A stretch of DNA of 64,000 nucleotides from Alphaproteobacteria bacterium (GTDB taxonomy: Bacteria; Pseudomonadota; Alphaproteobacteria; UBA828), in the NCBI GenBank assembly GCA_965220745.1, contig CBDCQT010000010.1, positions 224,001 through 288,000 on the forward strand, written 5' to 3'. Of the stretch, positions 42,262 to 52,822 are shown one piece after another. A program made the translations under genes and the position numbers. Numbering within the stretch: the stretch's first letter is position 1; each line of letters opens with the position of its first letter. The notes beneath the pieces were generated by a model. That model was given only the letters and a program-made list of their open reading frames with translations. It ran no database searches and was not told the origin of the DNA.

Positions 42262-42732
42262 ATGAGCGTGTCTGTGTCAATGACGGTCAACGGCGAGGAG
42301 GCCTCGGCCGCGGTCGAATCGCGCACGCTCCTCGTTCATTTTCTGCGCGAGCACCTGGGGCTCACCGGGACGCATGTCGGCTGCGATACGAGCCAGTGCG
42401 GGGCTTGCGTCGTTCACGTGAACGGACGCTCGGTCAAGTCCTGCACCCTACTCGCGGTTCAGGCCGAAGGGGCGGAAGTGCTCACGGTCGAAGGGCTCGC
42501 GAAGGGGGAAGAACTTCATCCGATGCAGGCCGCCTTCAGGGAGTGCCACGGCCTTCAATGCGGCTTCTGTACGCCCGGGATGCTGATGAGCGCGCTCGAC
42601 CTTGTCGCGCGCCATCCTGATCCCTCCGAAGAGACGGTCCGCCAGGGGCTCGAAGGCAACATCTGCCGCTGCACGGGCTACGTGAACATCGTCAAGTCGG
42701 TGATGGCCGGCGCGAAGGCGATGAGGAGTTAG
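42262..42732 (+). CDS. Molybdenum hydroxylase 2Fe-2S subunit (CoxS-like)
   Basis: [27 protein letters not shown]. Confidence 0.92.
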   Translation: MSVSVSMTVNGEEASAAVESRTLLVHFLREHLGLTGTHVGCDTSQCGACVVHVNGRSVKSCTLLAVQAEGAEVLTVEGLAKGEELHPMQAAFRECHGLQCGFCTPGMLMSALDLVARHPDPSEETVRQGLEGNICRCTGYVNIVKSVMAGAKAMRS

Positions 42733-42736
42733 TGGA

Positions 42737-45124
42737 ATGGTGGACGAAGGTATCGGCGCTCCGGTGAGGCGCAAGGAAGATGCCCGGTTCCTGACGGGGC
42801 AGGGCAGATACGTCGACGATATCAAGAGACCCGGCCAGACCTACGCCTGTTTTGTCCGGTCGCCCCACGCCCATGCGCGCCTCAAGTCGATCGACACGGG
42901 GCAGGCGGCGCAGGCGCCGGGCTTCGTGGCGGCTTATACCGCCACCGATCTGGAACGCGATCGTATCGGCGCTCTTCCCTGTGTCTGGGTTTTCCAGAAC
43001 GCGGATGGCTCAGACATCAAATTGCCGCCCCATCCCCTTCTCGCGGTCGACAAGGTCCGCCATGTGGGCGATCCGGTCGCCGTCGTCATCGGAGAAAGCC
43101 TCAATACAGCCCTGGATGCGGCCGATCTCGTGGCGGTCGACTACGAGGAGTTGCCGGTTGCGGCCGATACGTCCAGCGCCGACGGAAAGGGAGCGCCCCA
43201 GCTTCATGAGGAAGCACCCGACAATGTTTGCTTCGATTGGGAAAACGGCAACAAGGATGCGGTCGAGGCCGCCTTCGCGAACGCGTACCACGTGACGAAG
43301 CTCGATTTCATCGTCAACCGGCTCGTGCAGGTTCCCATGGAGGTCCGCGCCGTCAATGCCGAGTACGACAGAATAAGCGGGCGCTACACGATCTATCTCT
43401 CGAGTCAGAATCCGCATATGGCCCGCAGCCTTATGGCGATCGACATATTGCACGTGCCCGAGACCAAAGTGCGGGTCATTGCGCCGGATGTAGGCGGGGG
43501 GTTCGGTGCCAAGAGCTTCGCCTATGGGGAGGAATGTATCGCGGCATGGGCCGCCAGGAAATTGGATCGTCCGGTCAAGTGGACGTCCAGTCGGTCGGAG
43601 AGCTTTCTCACCGATTCGCAGGCTCGCGACCATGTCACGCACGCAGAGCTTGCTCTCGATGCCGACGGGACCTTTCTTGCGCTGCGGGTGAGGACCACAG
43701 CGAACCTGGGAGCCTACCTATCGACCTTCGGACCGGCGATCCCGACCTTCTTTTTTACGACAATCATGTCGGGCACCTACACGACGCCGGCAATCCATTG
43801 CGAGATAAGAGGCGTGTTCACGAATACGGTTCCAGTCGACGCGTATCGCGGTGCGGGCCGACCGGAAGGCGCCCTGGTTATAGAGCGCTTGGTCGAAAAT
43901 GCCGCGCGCGAGATGGGGATCGATCGCGCGGAAATTCGACGGCGTAACTTCATCCCGAAGGACGCGATGCCGTACAGGACCCCGGTCGGCCTCGAGTACG
44001 ATACCGGCGACTTCGCCACTCTCATGGAAGAAGCGCTGAAGATCAGCGATTACGAGGGATTCGAACAGCGCCGGAACGAGAGCCGGGCGAGGGGCAGGCT
44101 GCGCGGGCTCGGCATCTCGTCTTTCATCGAGAACGGGTCCATGGGACCGTCGAAATTGTTGGGCTTGTTTGGCTCCCGTGTCGGCTTTCCGGAGTCGGCG
44201 CAGGTGCGTGTGCATCCCGAAGGCTCGGTGACGTTATTCACCGGCAGCCATTCGCACGGGCAAGGTCACGAAACCACGTTCGCCCAGGTGGTCGCGGACT
44301 GTCTGGGCATGTCCCTGAACAAGATCGAGGTCATCCACGGGGACAGCGATCAGATCCCCTATGGGACCGGCACCTACGGTTCGCGCTCGATGGCGCTCGG
44401 TGGATCATCGGCCTTCCTCGCGGTCGAAAAGGTTATCGAAAAGGGCCGGAGGATCGCGGCCCACCTGCTCGAAGCGAGGGACGTCGACATCGAATTCAGG
44501 GAAGGCGCCTACACGATCATGGGCACCGACAAGTCGGTGAGCTTCGAGGATGTTGCTGGCGAAGCGTATCTGGCGCAAAACTTCTCTCCCCAGGAGGTCG
44601 AGCCCGGCCTGGACGAGACGGCGTTCTACGATGCGCAGAACATGACGTACCCCAACGGGTGTCACGTCTGCGAAGTCGATATCAATAGGGAGACGGGCGA
44701 GCTGGAAATTGCGCGATACGTCGTCGTCGACGACTTCGGAACGATCATCAATCCGATGATCGTCGAGGGCCAGGTTCACGGCGCCCTCGCGCAGGGTATG
44801 GGCCAGGCGCTCCTGGAAAACGCCGTTTACGATCAGGATACGGGTCAGCTTCTGGCAGGCTCGTTCATGGACTACTGCATGCCGAGAGCAGGCTTCATTA
44901 GCACTCTTGACCACGCGACAAACGAGGACAATCCGTGTACCCACAACCCCCTCGGCGTCAAGGGGTGCGGAGAATCGGCAACCATCGGTTCCCCCGCCGC
45001 CGTGACGAATGCGATCGTCGATGCACTGTCCCCGCTCGGCATTACCCACATCAATATGCCGGCGACGCCGGAGAAACTGTGGCGCATCGTTCGGGAATCG
45101 GCTGAGGCGCGGCCGACCGGATAA
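42737..45124 (+). CDS. Molybdenum hydroxylase large subunit (form II CoxL-like/XDH family)
   Basis: RKEDARFLTG, GGGFGAK, AYRGAGR, GQGHETT, GVKGCGE. Confidence 0.92.
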   Translation: MVDEGIGAPVRRKEDARFLTGQGRYVDDIKRPGQTYACFVRSPHAHARLKSIDTGQAAQAPGFVAAYTATDLERDRIGALPCVWVFQNADGSDIKLPPHPLLAVDKVRHVGDPVAVVIGESLNTALDAADLVAVDYEELPVAADTSSADGKGAPQLHEEAPDNVCFDWENGNKDAVEAAFANAYHVTKLDFIVNRLVQVPMEVRAVNAEYDRISGRYTIYLSSQNPHMARSLMAIDILHVPETKVRVIAPDVGGGFGAKSFAYGEECIAAWAARKLDRPVKWTSSRSESFLTDSQARDHVTHAELALDADGTFLALRVRTTANLGAYLSTFGPAIPTFFFTTIMSGTYTTPAIHCEIRGVFTNTVPVDAYRGAGRPEGALVIERLVENAAREMGIDRAEIRRRNFIPKDAMPYRTPVGLEYDTGDFATLMEEALKISDYEGFEQRRNESRARGRLRGLGISSFIENGSMGPSKLLGLFGSRVGFPESAQVRVHPEGSVTLFTGSHSHGQGHETTFAQVVADCLGMSLNKIEVIHGDSDQIPYGTGTYGSRSMALGGSSAFLAVEKVIEKGRRIAAHLLEARDVDIEFREGAYTIMGTDKSVSFEDVAGEAYLAQNFSPQEVEPGLDETAFYDAQNMTYPNGCHVCEVDINRETGELEIARYVVVDDFGTIINPMIVEGQVHGALAQGMGQALLENAVYDQDTGQLLAGSFMDYCMPRAGFISTLDHATNEDNPCTHNPLGVKGCGESATIGSPAAVTNAIVDALSPLGITHINMPATPEKLWRIVRESAEARPTG

Positions 45125-45370
45125 GACTGCAAGCGGCGACGCAGCTGAGATCACTTGCCCAGATCCACAGACGGCCGAACTGGTCGCGCGGGGCGACCAT
45201 TGACGGCTCATTTCACCCATTGCAAGACGGAGGCATCGGGACCGTGGGGTGTCGCCTGCGTCTTCCATTGCATCTTCGACCTGCCGGAGACCTGGCTGCA
45301 CAGCCTCCTCCCGTTGCTCGTGAAGGAGGAAGTTCAACAGGCCATGGCCGCAGTACCTGCAGCCTACGGC

Positions 45371-45611
45371 TGTCAATCGGCTTTGAAGGTTGACCCCTTA
45401 TCGGCGTGCAAAATTGACCCCCCTGAGAGGCACGGCGGAGGTTGTCCCGGTAGTCAATAGGGGGGACCCGCGCGGCTTCGTGTAGCGCTCCACGCTACGC
45501 GAAGCGAAGCCGCGTGGGGGGTGCCTGTTGGCTTTGCGCGGTGCGCGGACGGCTGGCGCCTCAGCGACCAACGATAAGGCGACCGGATAGGCTCCACGCC
45601 GCGTGCGGGGG
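45371..45611 (-). mobile_element. Second IS21-family right end (solo)
   Basis: 45371-45532 is nearly identical to 19910-20071, same orientation. Confidence 0.85.
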
Positions 45612-46655
45612 TCAGCCGTGACTGCTGGCGGCGGCTCCACCCTCTGCCGCGAGATCGGCGGCGTCGCGCTTGAAGCACGCGACGAGCCCGCCCGCCGAGC
45701 CCACCTGTAGAGGCGGCCGACTTCGCTCGCAATCGTGGTCGCCTTCCGGGCAGCGGCTCAAGAACGGACAGCCCGGCGGCACGTCAATCGGGCTCGGAAT
45801 TTCGCCCTTGATGGTGTGCAGCGCGCTATCTTCGGCACCAACCCGAAGGCGCGGCGTCGACTTGAGCAGTGCCTGGCTGTAGGGGTGCCCCTCCGATCCG
45901 AAGAAGGCCTCCGTCTCCTGCAGCTCCATGAGCTGACCCAGATAAAGCACGGCGACACGGGTGGCGATCTGCCGCACCACGCTCAGGTCGTGCGTGATGA
46001 AGATGACGCTCAGGTCGAGCTCCCGTCTCAGTTGATCGATCAGGTTGAGAATCTGGCCTTGCATCGAGACGTCGAGCTTGGCGATCGGCTCGTCGGCAAT
46101 CAGAACTTTGGGCTCCAGCGCCAGCGCGCGGGCGATGACCACCCGCTGGCGCTGGCTGGCATTGAGTTCGTGGGAGTAGTGCTCGGCCGTCTCGGGCGGC
46201 AGGCCGACCCGCGCCAGGAGCGCTTCGACCCGCGCCGTCGCCTCGGCCTTGTCGCAGATCTTGTGTACGAGAAACGGCTCGGCGAGCACGCCGCCGACCC
46301 GCAGACGCCGGTTGAGCGCCGACGTCGGGTCCTGGAAGATCACCTGAACCAGCCTCGCGCGCTCCCGGGCACTCGGTCCGGTGAGCGCGCCGGCACGCGC
46401 GAGCATGACGTCGTCGAGCCAGATCTCACCCGCGACGGGCACCAGCGAGCCCGCGATGCAATTGGCGAGAGTGGTCTTGCCCGAGCCGCTTTCCCCGACG
46501 AGCGCGAGGCACTCGCCCCGATGGAGATCGAGGCTGACTCCGTCGACCGCGTGCACCCACTGCTTGACGCCTAACACCCTGTCCCTCAGCCCGCGCTTCA
46601 CCGGGAACAGCATGCGCAGCTCCTTGACGCTCACGTGAATGTCGGGGCCGCTCAT
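45612..46655 (-). CDS. Oligopeptide/dipeptide ABC ATPase (OppF-like), degenerate signature LNASQ
   Basis: GESGSGKT, FQDP, ADEP, THDL, HPYS, GCPF..RC. Confidence 0.9.
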   Translation of the reverse strand: MSGPDIHVSVKELRMLFPVKRGLRDRVLGVKQWVHAVDGVSLDLHRGECLALVGESGSGKTTLANCIAGSLVPVAGEIWLDDVMLARAGALTGPSARERARLVQVIFQDPTSALNRRLRVGGVLAEPFLVHKICDKAEATARVEALLARVGLPPETAEHYSHELNASQRQRVVIARALALEPKVLIADEPIAKLDVSMQGQILNLIDQLRRELDLSVIFITHDLSVVRQIATRVAVLYLGQLMELQETEAFFGSEGHPYSQALLKSTPRLRVGAEDSALHTIKGEIPSPIDVPPGCPFLSRCPEGDHDCERSRPPLQVGSAGGLVACFKRDAADLAAEGGAAASSHG

Positions 46656-47662
46656 GGGGTCGGTGCTGCCGCTGACGATCCGCTCACGGTCGCGTCCAGC
46701 GGGCTCCAACAACGATAGCTATGCCCGGCCAAAGGACTCTCCTCGTGCGGCGTTTCGCGCGCGCAGACGTCGAGGGCACGAGGACAACGCGGATGAAACT
46801 GACAGCCGCTAATCGGCTCGTCCCTCGGATTGGGCGGATTACCCGGCAGCGTCGCGAAGGGGAAACGGTACTCCTCGACGGAGGGCGAGCACGCCAGGAG
46901 AGCATCGGTATACGGGTGGCGCGGTGCGTTGAACACCGATGGCGCGTCGCCCTGCTCCACGATGCCGCCCGCGTACAGGATGAGAAGCCGTTCGCAGATC
47001 GTCGAGACGACGCGGAAGTCGTGCGAAATATACATAAGGGCGAGCTGACGCTCGTCGACGAGATGGCGGAGCAGCTCCAGGATCTGGGCCTGGATCGTCA
47101 CGTCGACTGCAGACGTGGGGTCGTCCGCAATGAGCAGGCTCGGCTCGCTGGCCAAGGCCATGGCGATGGCGACACGTTGCTTCATGCCGCCCGACAGTTC
47201 ACTCGGAAACGCGCGGAGCCGCCGTTCCGGCTCGGGAATACCCACCTGCCCCAGAAGTTGCACACTCTGTCGCGCGGCTTCGGCTCTGGTGACCGAGAGG
47301 TGCGTGCGAATCACCTCGCCAAGCTGGACACCCACCGGATAGACCGGCGTCAGCGACGCCGCAGCGTCCTGAAAGATGAGCGACATGCCGCCGCCGCGCA
47401 CCCGCCTCAGCTCGGGCCGCCGCAAGTTAAGGATGTCCTGGCCCGCGAACACGACTCGCCCCGCCGTGATGCGCCCCGGTGCGCGGATGATGTTCAACAG
47501 AGAGAGTGCCAGGACGGACTTGCCGCTACCGCTCTCGCCGACCACGCCGAGCCGCTCTCCGGCTTGGCAGGTCAGGCTCACTCCGTTCAGCGCCGCGAAC
47601 TCCCGGCCACCGACCCGGTAGACCGTGGTGAGACCCTCGACGCTGAGCAGTGGATCGTTCAC
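46652..47662 (-). CDS. Oligopeptide/dipeptide ABC ATPase (OppD-like), Walker B E->D
   Basis: GESGSGKS, LSGGMKQR, IADDPT, SHD, HPYT, GCQFHPRC. Confidence 0.9.
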   Translation of the reverse strand: MNDPLLSVEGLTTVYRVGGREFAALNGVSLTCQAGERLGVVGESGSGKSVLALSLLNIIRAPGRITAGRVVFAGQDILNLRRPELRRVRGGGMSLIFQDAAASLTPVYPVGVQLGEVIRTHLSVTRAEAARQSVQLLGQVGIPEPERRLRAFPSELSGGMKQRVAIAMALASEPSLLIADDPTSAVDVTIQAQILELLRHLVDERQLALMYISHDFRVVSTICERLLILYAGGIVEQGDAPSVFNAPRHPYTDALLACSPSVEEYRFPFATLPGNPPNPRDEPISGCQFHPRCPRALDVCARETPHEESPLAGHSYRCWSPLDATVSGSSAAAPTP

Positions 47663-48513
47663 CGGCGCTCTGTGGGATCGAGGTGGTAGCGCAGGCGCGC
47701 GCCGAACACGTTCCACGCGAGCACGAGGATGATGATCGCAAGCGCGGGGAAGATCGCGAGCCAGGGCGCCAGCAGCATGCTCTTCTGCGCTTCAGCCAGC
47801 ATGTTGCCCCAGTCCGGCGTGGGTGGCTGCACGCCAAGTCCGAGGAAGCTGAGCGCGGCGAGGTCCACGACCGCGTAGGCCAGTACGATGCTCGCCTGCA
47901 CGATGATCTGAGACAGGCAGTTGGGCAGCACGTGGCGCAAGGCGATGCGTAGCGGCGAGTAGCCGAGAAGTCGGCCCGCCTCGACATACTGCTCCTTCGT
48001 TTGGATACGCGCCTGCGAGCGCACCACCCGCGCGGCCGTCGGCATGTAGACGAGGGCGAGGCCAACCACCACCGGGATCAATCCGGGGCCGAAAATGGCG
48101 ACGAAGAGCACACCCATGATGAGCGCCGGGAAGCTCAGCAGGATGTCGCCGATGCGCATCATGATGTTGTCGACCCGACCGCCGATGTAGCCCGCAATGA
48201 GGCCGTAGACGGTGCCTAGGCCGACATCGATCACGACGACGGCAAACGCGCCTAGCAGCGCCATGCGGGTGCCGACGATGAGCCGGCTGAACAGGTCCCG
48301 TCCGCTGCGGTCGGTCCCGAACCAGAAATCGCCAGAGGGCGGCAGATAGTTCGAACCGGGATTGATCTGGTTCGGGTCCTGAGGCGCGATCCAGGGGCCG
48401 AACACCGCAATGATGACGAAGACCACCACGAGCGTCGCCGATATAGCGAGGGCGGGATCGCGCCGGAGAGCCGAGAGGATGGCCGCGGTTCGCATCCCGG
48501 CCTTACCCCTCAA
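47659..48513 (-). CDS. Peptide ABC permease (OppC-like)
   Basis: FGTDRSGRD, YVEAGR, RHVLPN, LSFLGLG.QPPTPDWG. Confidence 0.9.
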   Translation of the reverse strand: MRGKAGMRTAAILSALRRDPALAISATLVVVFVIIAVFGPWIAPQDPNQINPGSNYLPPSGDFWFGTDRSGRDLFSRLIVGTRMALLGAFAVVVIDVGLGTVYGLIAGYIGGRVDNIMMRIGDILLSFPALIMGVLFVAIFGPGLIPVVVGLALVYMPTAARVVRSQARIQTKEQYVEAGRLLGYSPLRIALRHVLPNCLSQIIVQASIVLAYAVVDLAALSFLGLGVQPPTPDWGNMLAEAQKSMLLAPWLAIFPALAIIILVLAWNVFGARLRYHLDPTERR

Positions 48514-49436
48514 TCGGCATAGCGGGGATCGAGCCGCGAGGCCACGATGTCCACCAGCAAGGTCGTCGCTGTGAAGGCCACGGCAATGCAGACCAGGATC
48601 GCCTGAACGACCGGGTAGTCCCGCTGATTGACGGCGTCGACCAGAAGCTGGCCGATGCCGCCCATGCCGAACACGAAGTCCACCAGGACCGTGCCGACGA
48701 TCATGTAGCCGAACTGTACGCCCAGGATGTTCACCACCGGGACCATCGCCGTGCGGAAGCCGTGACGGATGACGGCGATGGGTCTGAGGCCGCGCGCTTC
48801 GGCGGCGAGGATGTACTCCCGATTAAGCACGTCGATCATGCCTGCGCGCAGTGTGTTGGTCTGCGCGGCCGTCATGGCGAGCCCGAGGACACACCAGGGC
48901 ATGAGGAGGTGAGAGATTCGATCCCAGCCGAAGCCCTCGCCGCGGCCGAAGGGCGGCAACCAGCCGAGCCAGAAGGAGAACACAATGATCGCGAGGATGC
49001 CGGCCGTGAACACGGGCACCGAAAGCGTGACGAGCGTGGCACCGATGATGAGTTGATCGGAAAGCCGCCCCTGCCTGAGCGCAGCAATGACGCCGAGCGG
49101 TATCGAAATGAGCATCGACAGGATCAACCCGCCGATGAGAATTGTGAGCGTGATCGGCAGCGTCTCGCCGAGAAGCTCGGTGACCGGCTCCCGGGTCTTC
49201 AGAGAGATACCGAAATCGCCCTGCACCGCGTTCTTGGCCCAGTTCCAGAACTGAACCGTCAGCGGCTTATCCAGGTCGAACTCCCGGCGAAGCTGCTCCT
49301 TCACCTCGGCGGGCACCGGGCTTCCGGCAGTCAGCACCGTCACCGGGTCGCCGGGCACCACCCTGAGCGCGAGGAATATCAGGATCGAAACGGCGATGAC
49401 GATCGGAATGAACGCGATGAGCCGCTGGGCGATCAC
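48510..49436 (-). CDS. Peptide ABC permease (OppB-like)
   Basis: PGDP, LDKPL..QF, GDFG.S, AEARGL, RDYPVVQ; start approximate. Confidence 0.88.
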   Translation of the reverse strand: MIAQRLIAFIPIVIAVSILIFLALRVVPGDPVTVLTAGSPVPAEVKEQLRREFDLDKPLTVQFWNWAKNAVQGDFGISLKTREPVTELLGETLPITLTILIGGLILSMLISIPLGVIAALRQGRLSDQLIIGATLVTLSVPVFTAGILAIIVFSFWLGWLPPFGRGEGFGWDRISHLLMPWCVLGLAMTAAQTNTLRAGMIDVLNREYILAAEARGLRPIAVIRHGFRTAMVPVVNILGVQFGYMIVGTVLVDFVFGMGGIGQLLVDAVNQRDYPVVQAILVCIAVAFTATTLLVDIVASRLDPRYAD

Positions 49437-49601
49437 GGCCGATACCAACCCCTGCCATGGCCAGGCCGAAGGGGGGCGCCCAATCTCGGACGCCCGCCCG
49501 TCGACCGGAACCAATCGATAACCTGCCGCCCCACCGTATGCCGGTCGCCACCGGCTCCAGCGGACACCATTACGTCAAATGACTTTCCTGCTTCGGGTCA
49601 C

Positions 49602-51194
49602 TCACTCACTGAAGGCGATGTCGGCGTAGCGGTCGTATACATAGACCGGCAGGGTCTGTGCACCCGTAAGCCTTGACGACTGGAAGCGCACCGTCTGCGG
49701 GAACGCCAGGCAAAGCGACGGTTGTCGCTCCGTGAGGATCCGCTGGCATTCCTTGAAGGCGACCGCCCGTTCGGCATCGTCCGTGGTGTAGAGCGATGTC
49801 TCGAAATGCTTGTCGTACTCCTCGTCGGCATGCTCGGTAAAGTTGGGTCCGAACTCGCCGCCGTTGGGGCCGTACCATTGCAGCAGGAAGCTCGAAATAT
49901 CCGTATAGTCGGATATCCAGTACATCAGGATGCTGTCGAAGTCGTGCGAGTAGGCCAGTGCGATGGTATCCGGCGCCGGCAGCCGCTGGATGGTGAAGTC
50001 GATACCGAGCGGCTTGACCTGCTGTTGGATCGCGAGCGCCAGTGCCTCGTAGCGGACACCGGGGTTCACAGCCATGTTTGCGGAAAAGCCGTCCGGCAAC
50101 GAGCTCTCGGCCATCAGTGCTTTGGCCTTCTCGATGTCGGGCGCGTAGGTGCCCGCGTTCTCGTCATGCGAACTGAACGGAACGTTGGGCGGAATGAAGG
50201 ATCCGTAGGCCGGCTCGATGTACTTCTTGCTAAAGGCGGCGAGTGCCGCGCCCGGATCGATCGCGTAGCGAATCGCTTGCCGCACCTTGACGTCGTTGAA
50301 CGGCGGCTTCTGGTTGGCCATGTGGAGTAGTGTGTGCTCCCAGCCCGGCGCCGTCTGGATGTTCACTTCGTCCGACCGCTCGAGGATGATGGCCTGGTCG
50401 CGCGGCACGTCGTAGGACAGATGAATGTCGCCACTCTGTAGCCCGGCGACGATTGTGGTCGCGTCCTTGATGTTGCGGAACTCGATCCGCTCGATCGGTG
50501 GCTTGCCCTCGTAATAATCCTCGAATGCCTCGAGCACGACGCGGCTGGGGTCGCGATCGACGAATTTGTACGGGCCGGCGCCGACGGGACTGGTTCCGAT
50601 ACCGTCTCCCAGTTCCTGGACATGCTCCTTGTTGCAGATGTTGCCGCCTTCGAAGTAGCCGATGAACTGGAATTGGTGGTCGGGCTGCTTCATCCGCACC
50701 TCGATCGTCAGATCGTCGAGGGCGACGGCCTCGTCCACATTGACGAACATGTAGAGCTCCCACGCCCCCTCGTTCGGGTCCGCGATGCGATTGAAGGTGA
50801 ACGCGACATCCTCCGCCGTCACGGGCGCGCCGTTATGGAACTTCGCCCCCTCGCGAAGCGTGTAGCGATAGGTCAGAGGGTCCGGATTCTCCCAGGACAC
50901 GGCCAGGCTTGGACGCAATTCGCCGGTCACCGGATCCTCGCGCATGAGCGTGTCGTAGATCTGGGTTTGCACATAGATCGCGGCGAACCCGCCCCAGACC
51001 TTGGGGTCGAGGGTTCCGACCTCTTCCACGTGGGCGACCACGAGAGTGTTGCCCTCGGTCCTCGCTTCCACAATCCGCGGCAGGATCAGCGAAGAAGCGC
51101 CAACCGCGGCGCCGGTGCCGAGGCTTCGCTGGAGGAACTGCCGTCGCGTTTGAATACGCTGCATAATTGATTGCACGCCAAGGTCGTCTTTCAT
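49602..51194 (-). CDS. Peptide/nickel ABC substrate-binding protein (family 5), TAT signal
   Basis: TRRQFL, IYDTL, PSLA.SW, LREG.KFHNG, GAGPYK, PFNDVKVRQAI. Confidence 0.92.
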   Translation of the reverse strand: MKDDLGVQSIMQRIQTRRQFLQRSLGTGAAVGASSLILPRIVEARTEGNTLVVAHVEEVGTLDPKVWGGFAAIYVQTQIYDTLMREDPVTGELRPSLAVSWENPDPLTYRYTLREGAKFHNGAPVTAEDVAFTFNRIADPNEGAWELYMFVNVDEAVALDDLTIEVRMKQPDHQFQFIGYFEGGNICNKEHVQELGDGIGTSPVGAGPYKFVDRDPSRVVLEAFEDYYEGKPPIERIEFRNIKDATTIVAGLQSGDIHLSYDVPRDQAIILERSDEVNIQTAPGWEHTLLHMANQKPPFNDVKVRQAIRYAIDPGAALAAFSKKYIEPAYGSFIPPNVPFSSHDENAGTYAPDIEKAKALMAESSLPDGFSANMAVNPGVRYEALALAIQQQVKPLGIDFTIQRLPAPDTIALAYSHDFDSILMYWISDYTDISSFLLQWYGPNGGEFGPNFTEHADEEYDKHFETSLYTTDDAERAVAFKECQRILTERQPSLCLAFPQTVRFQSSRLTGAQTLPVYVYDRYADIAFSE

Positions 51195-51872
51195 GGTTGC
51201 CTCCCATTGCGCCGCGCCGTTCCGTCTCTCGCGCGGAACGTGTCACGATGATGCCCGCGCCACATTGCGCGTGGCGTTTAATCCCATCGGCGGGACGCTC
51301 GCGGTCGGCCAATCGCCCTACTGTATGCGGCGACCGTGTGACCCGCCGCTTCCTCGACCATGGTCGTGAGCCGATACTTGGTCATGCTCCCGACGATGGC
51401 CGGTGCTAAATCAATTCCAAGAAAGCACGCTTCACTATTCGCGACGACGGTACCAGAAAGCCCAAATGCCGTACAGACTTTGGAATGGGCCCTCCGGGGC
51501 CCAATCCAGTTGGTGGTCGTTACGATCCGACTCAGGGGTGTGGAATGATGCAGGCAGCTCATGGTCGCCCTCGACATGCAACTGGAGACCAACGAGAGTT
51601 AGACCAACGAGAACTACACCAAGTGGCAACCGCGCGCGCGGCTGCTCGTCGATATTGGCCATGCCATCCTCGACGACAGCGAGCGCTACGGGATCTACTT
51701 GAGGAACCCCCGAAACCACGCAGCGTATCCAGAACTGTTGTTCGGCGCATAGGTTCGGTGCCGGTCGGCGCGGTGACCCATTAATCTTGGTGGATTGTGA
51801 GGGGTCAACAAGGCGAGGTTAACAACAACCGATCTCGGGCGGCCACTTTCGCATCACCTGCCGCTCTGGAGC

Positions 51873-52118
51873 TTGGCGCGCAAGGAAGCCGGGATCGAAG
51901 ACGTGCGCCTTCATGACCTTCGTCACTCGTTCGCGAGCCACGCAGTTCTGCAAGGCATCCTGTTGCCGGTCGTCTCTCGCTTACTCGGTCACAAGCGTCC
52001 GAACATGATGATGCGCTACGCCGATGTCCACGAACGCGAGACCGAGGCGGCCGCGGAGCGCATCGGTGCGTCCATCCCGCAGGCGTTGGATGGCAGGTGG
52101 GTCAGCTCTTACGGCTGA
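51873..52118 (+). pseudogene. Tyrosine recombinase C-terminal fragment
   Basis: RLHDLRHSFAS...LLGH...RYA catalytic motifs with no N-terminal domain. Confidence 0.85.
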
Positions 52119-52349
52119 CTCTCCCGCGTATCGTCGTTCCGACCCTACACTTCGCCCAACACAAGCAGACGGATCACATCAGGTTTCGAAGGGCCTCTCT
52201 GCAGCGCATCACAATGGCGCCCGCGGAATGAGCCCGCCGCAAGCGTGCTGGACGAGAAAATGCGGACCAGCCGTCATACCTCGCTGCCGCGCCGTGCACG
52301 CCTGCGCCCATTGTCAAAGTGACCTGCCGAATCGCAGGGATAAACGATT

Positions 52350-52820
52350 TCAATATTGCTCACTGCGATCTCCGTCGTACGGGCTCCGACCCAGCCGCTC
52401 CTGATAGTCGAGCGTCCGCCAGTTCGCGCGTAACAGCCACTGCTCTTCCCGCTGTCGTTGGGCGAGAGCCCGGTCGATTTCCACCTCGTCGAAGCCGCTT
52501 CGCCGGGCCATGACGTATTGATCTGCGAGGATGTGGCCTGTCGCACGAAGCCGACCCCGGTAGCCCAGCAGCCGCAAATGGCGAGCCAGCGAGAAGCCTC
52601 GACCGTCCATGTGCGATGGGAAGGTAATGCGAATGAGGGCGATGCGCTCGAAGAGGGGCACGATGTCTTCGGCGGGCGCGGTGTTCTCGACGTCGAGCGT
52701 GGCCCGGTCAGGCAGAGCGGAATGGTCGTCCTCCCCTCTCCACCGGACAAATTCGCCGCGCCAGTCGTCGTCCTGAAACCCGCAGTCGCGGACGAGAATC
52801 CCGGGGCTTCCGTGTCCCAT
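52350..52820 (-). CDS. DUF934 protein (sulfite reductase-associated)
   Basis: FPSHMDGRGFSLAR.LR..GYRG.LRATG..LADQ...RSGFD. Confidence 0.85.
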   Translation of the reverse strand: MGHGSPGILVRDCGFQDDDWRGEFVRWRGEDDHSALPDRATLDVENTAPAEDIVPLFERIALIRITFPSHMDGRGFSLARHLRLLGYRGRLRATGHILADQYVMARRSGFDEVEIDRALAQRQREEQWLLRANWRTLDYQERLGRSPYDGDRSEQY

Positions 52821-52822
52821 AC

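Noticed and set aside
42737-45124. Bona fide aerobic CO dehydrogenase
   Set aside because: Has AYRGAGR rather than the form I AYXCSFR motif; no coxM or coxDEF.
51561-51720. Coding-like fragment with in-frame TAG at 51600 (possible recoding)
   Set aside because: The TAG lies inside a 15-bp-period duplication (AGACCAACGAGA at 51586 and 51601) in a debris zone; best explained as pseudogene decay of an unidentified gene.
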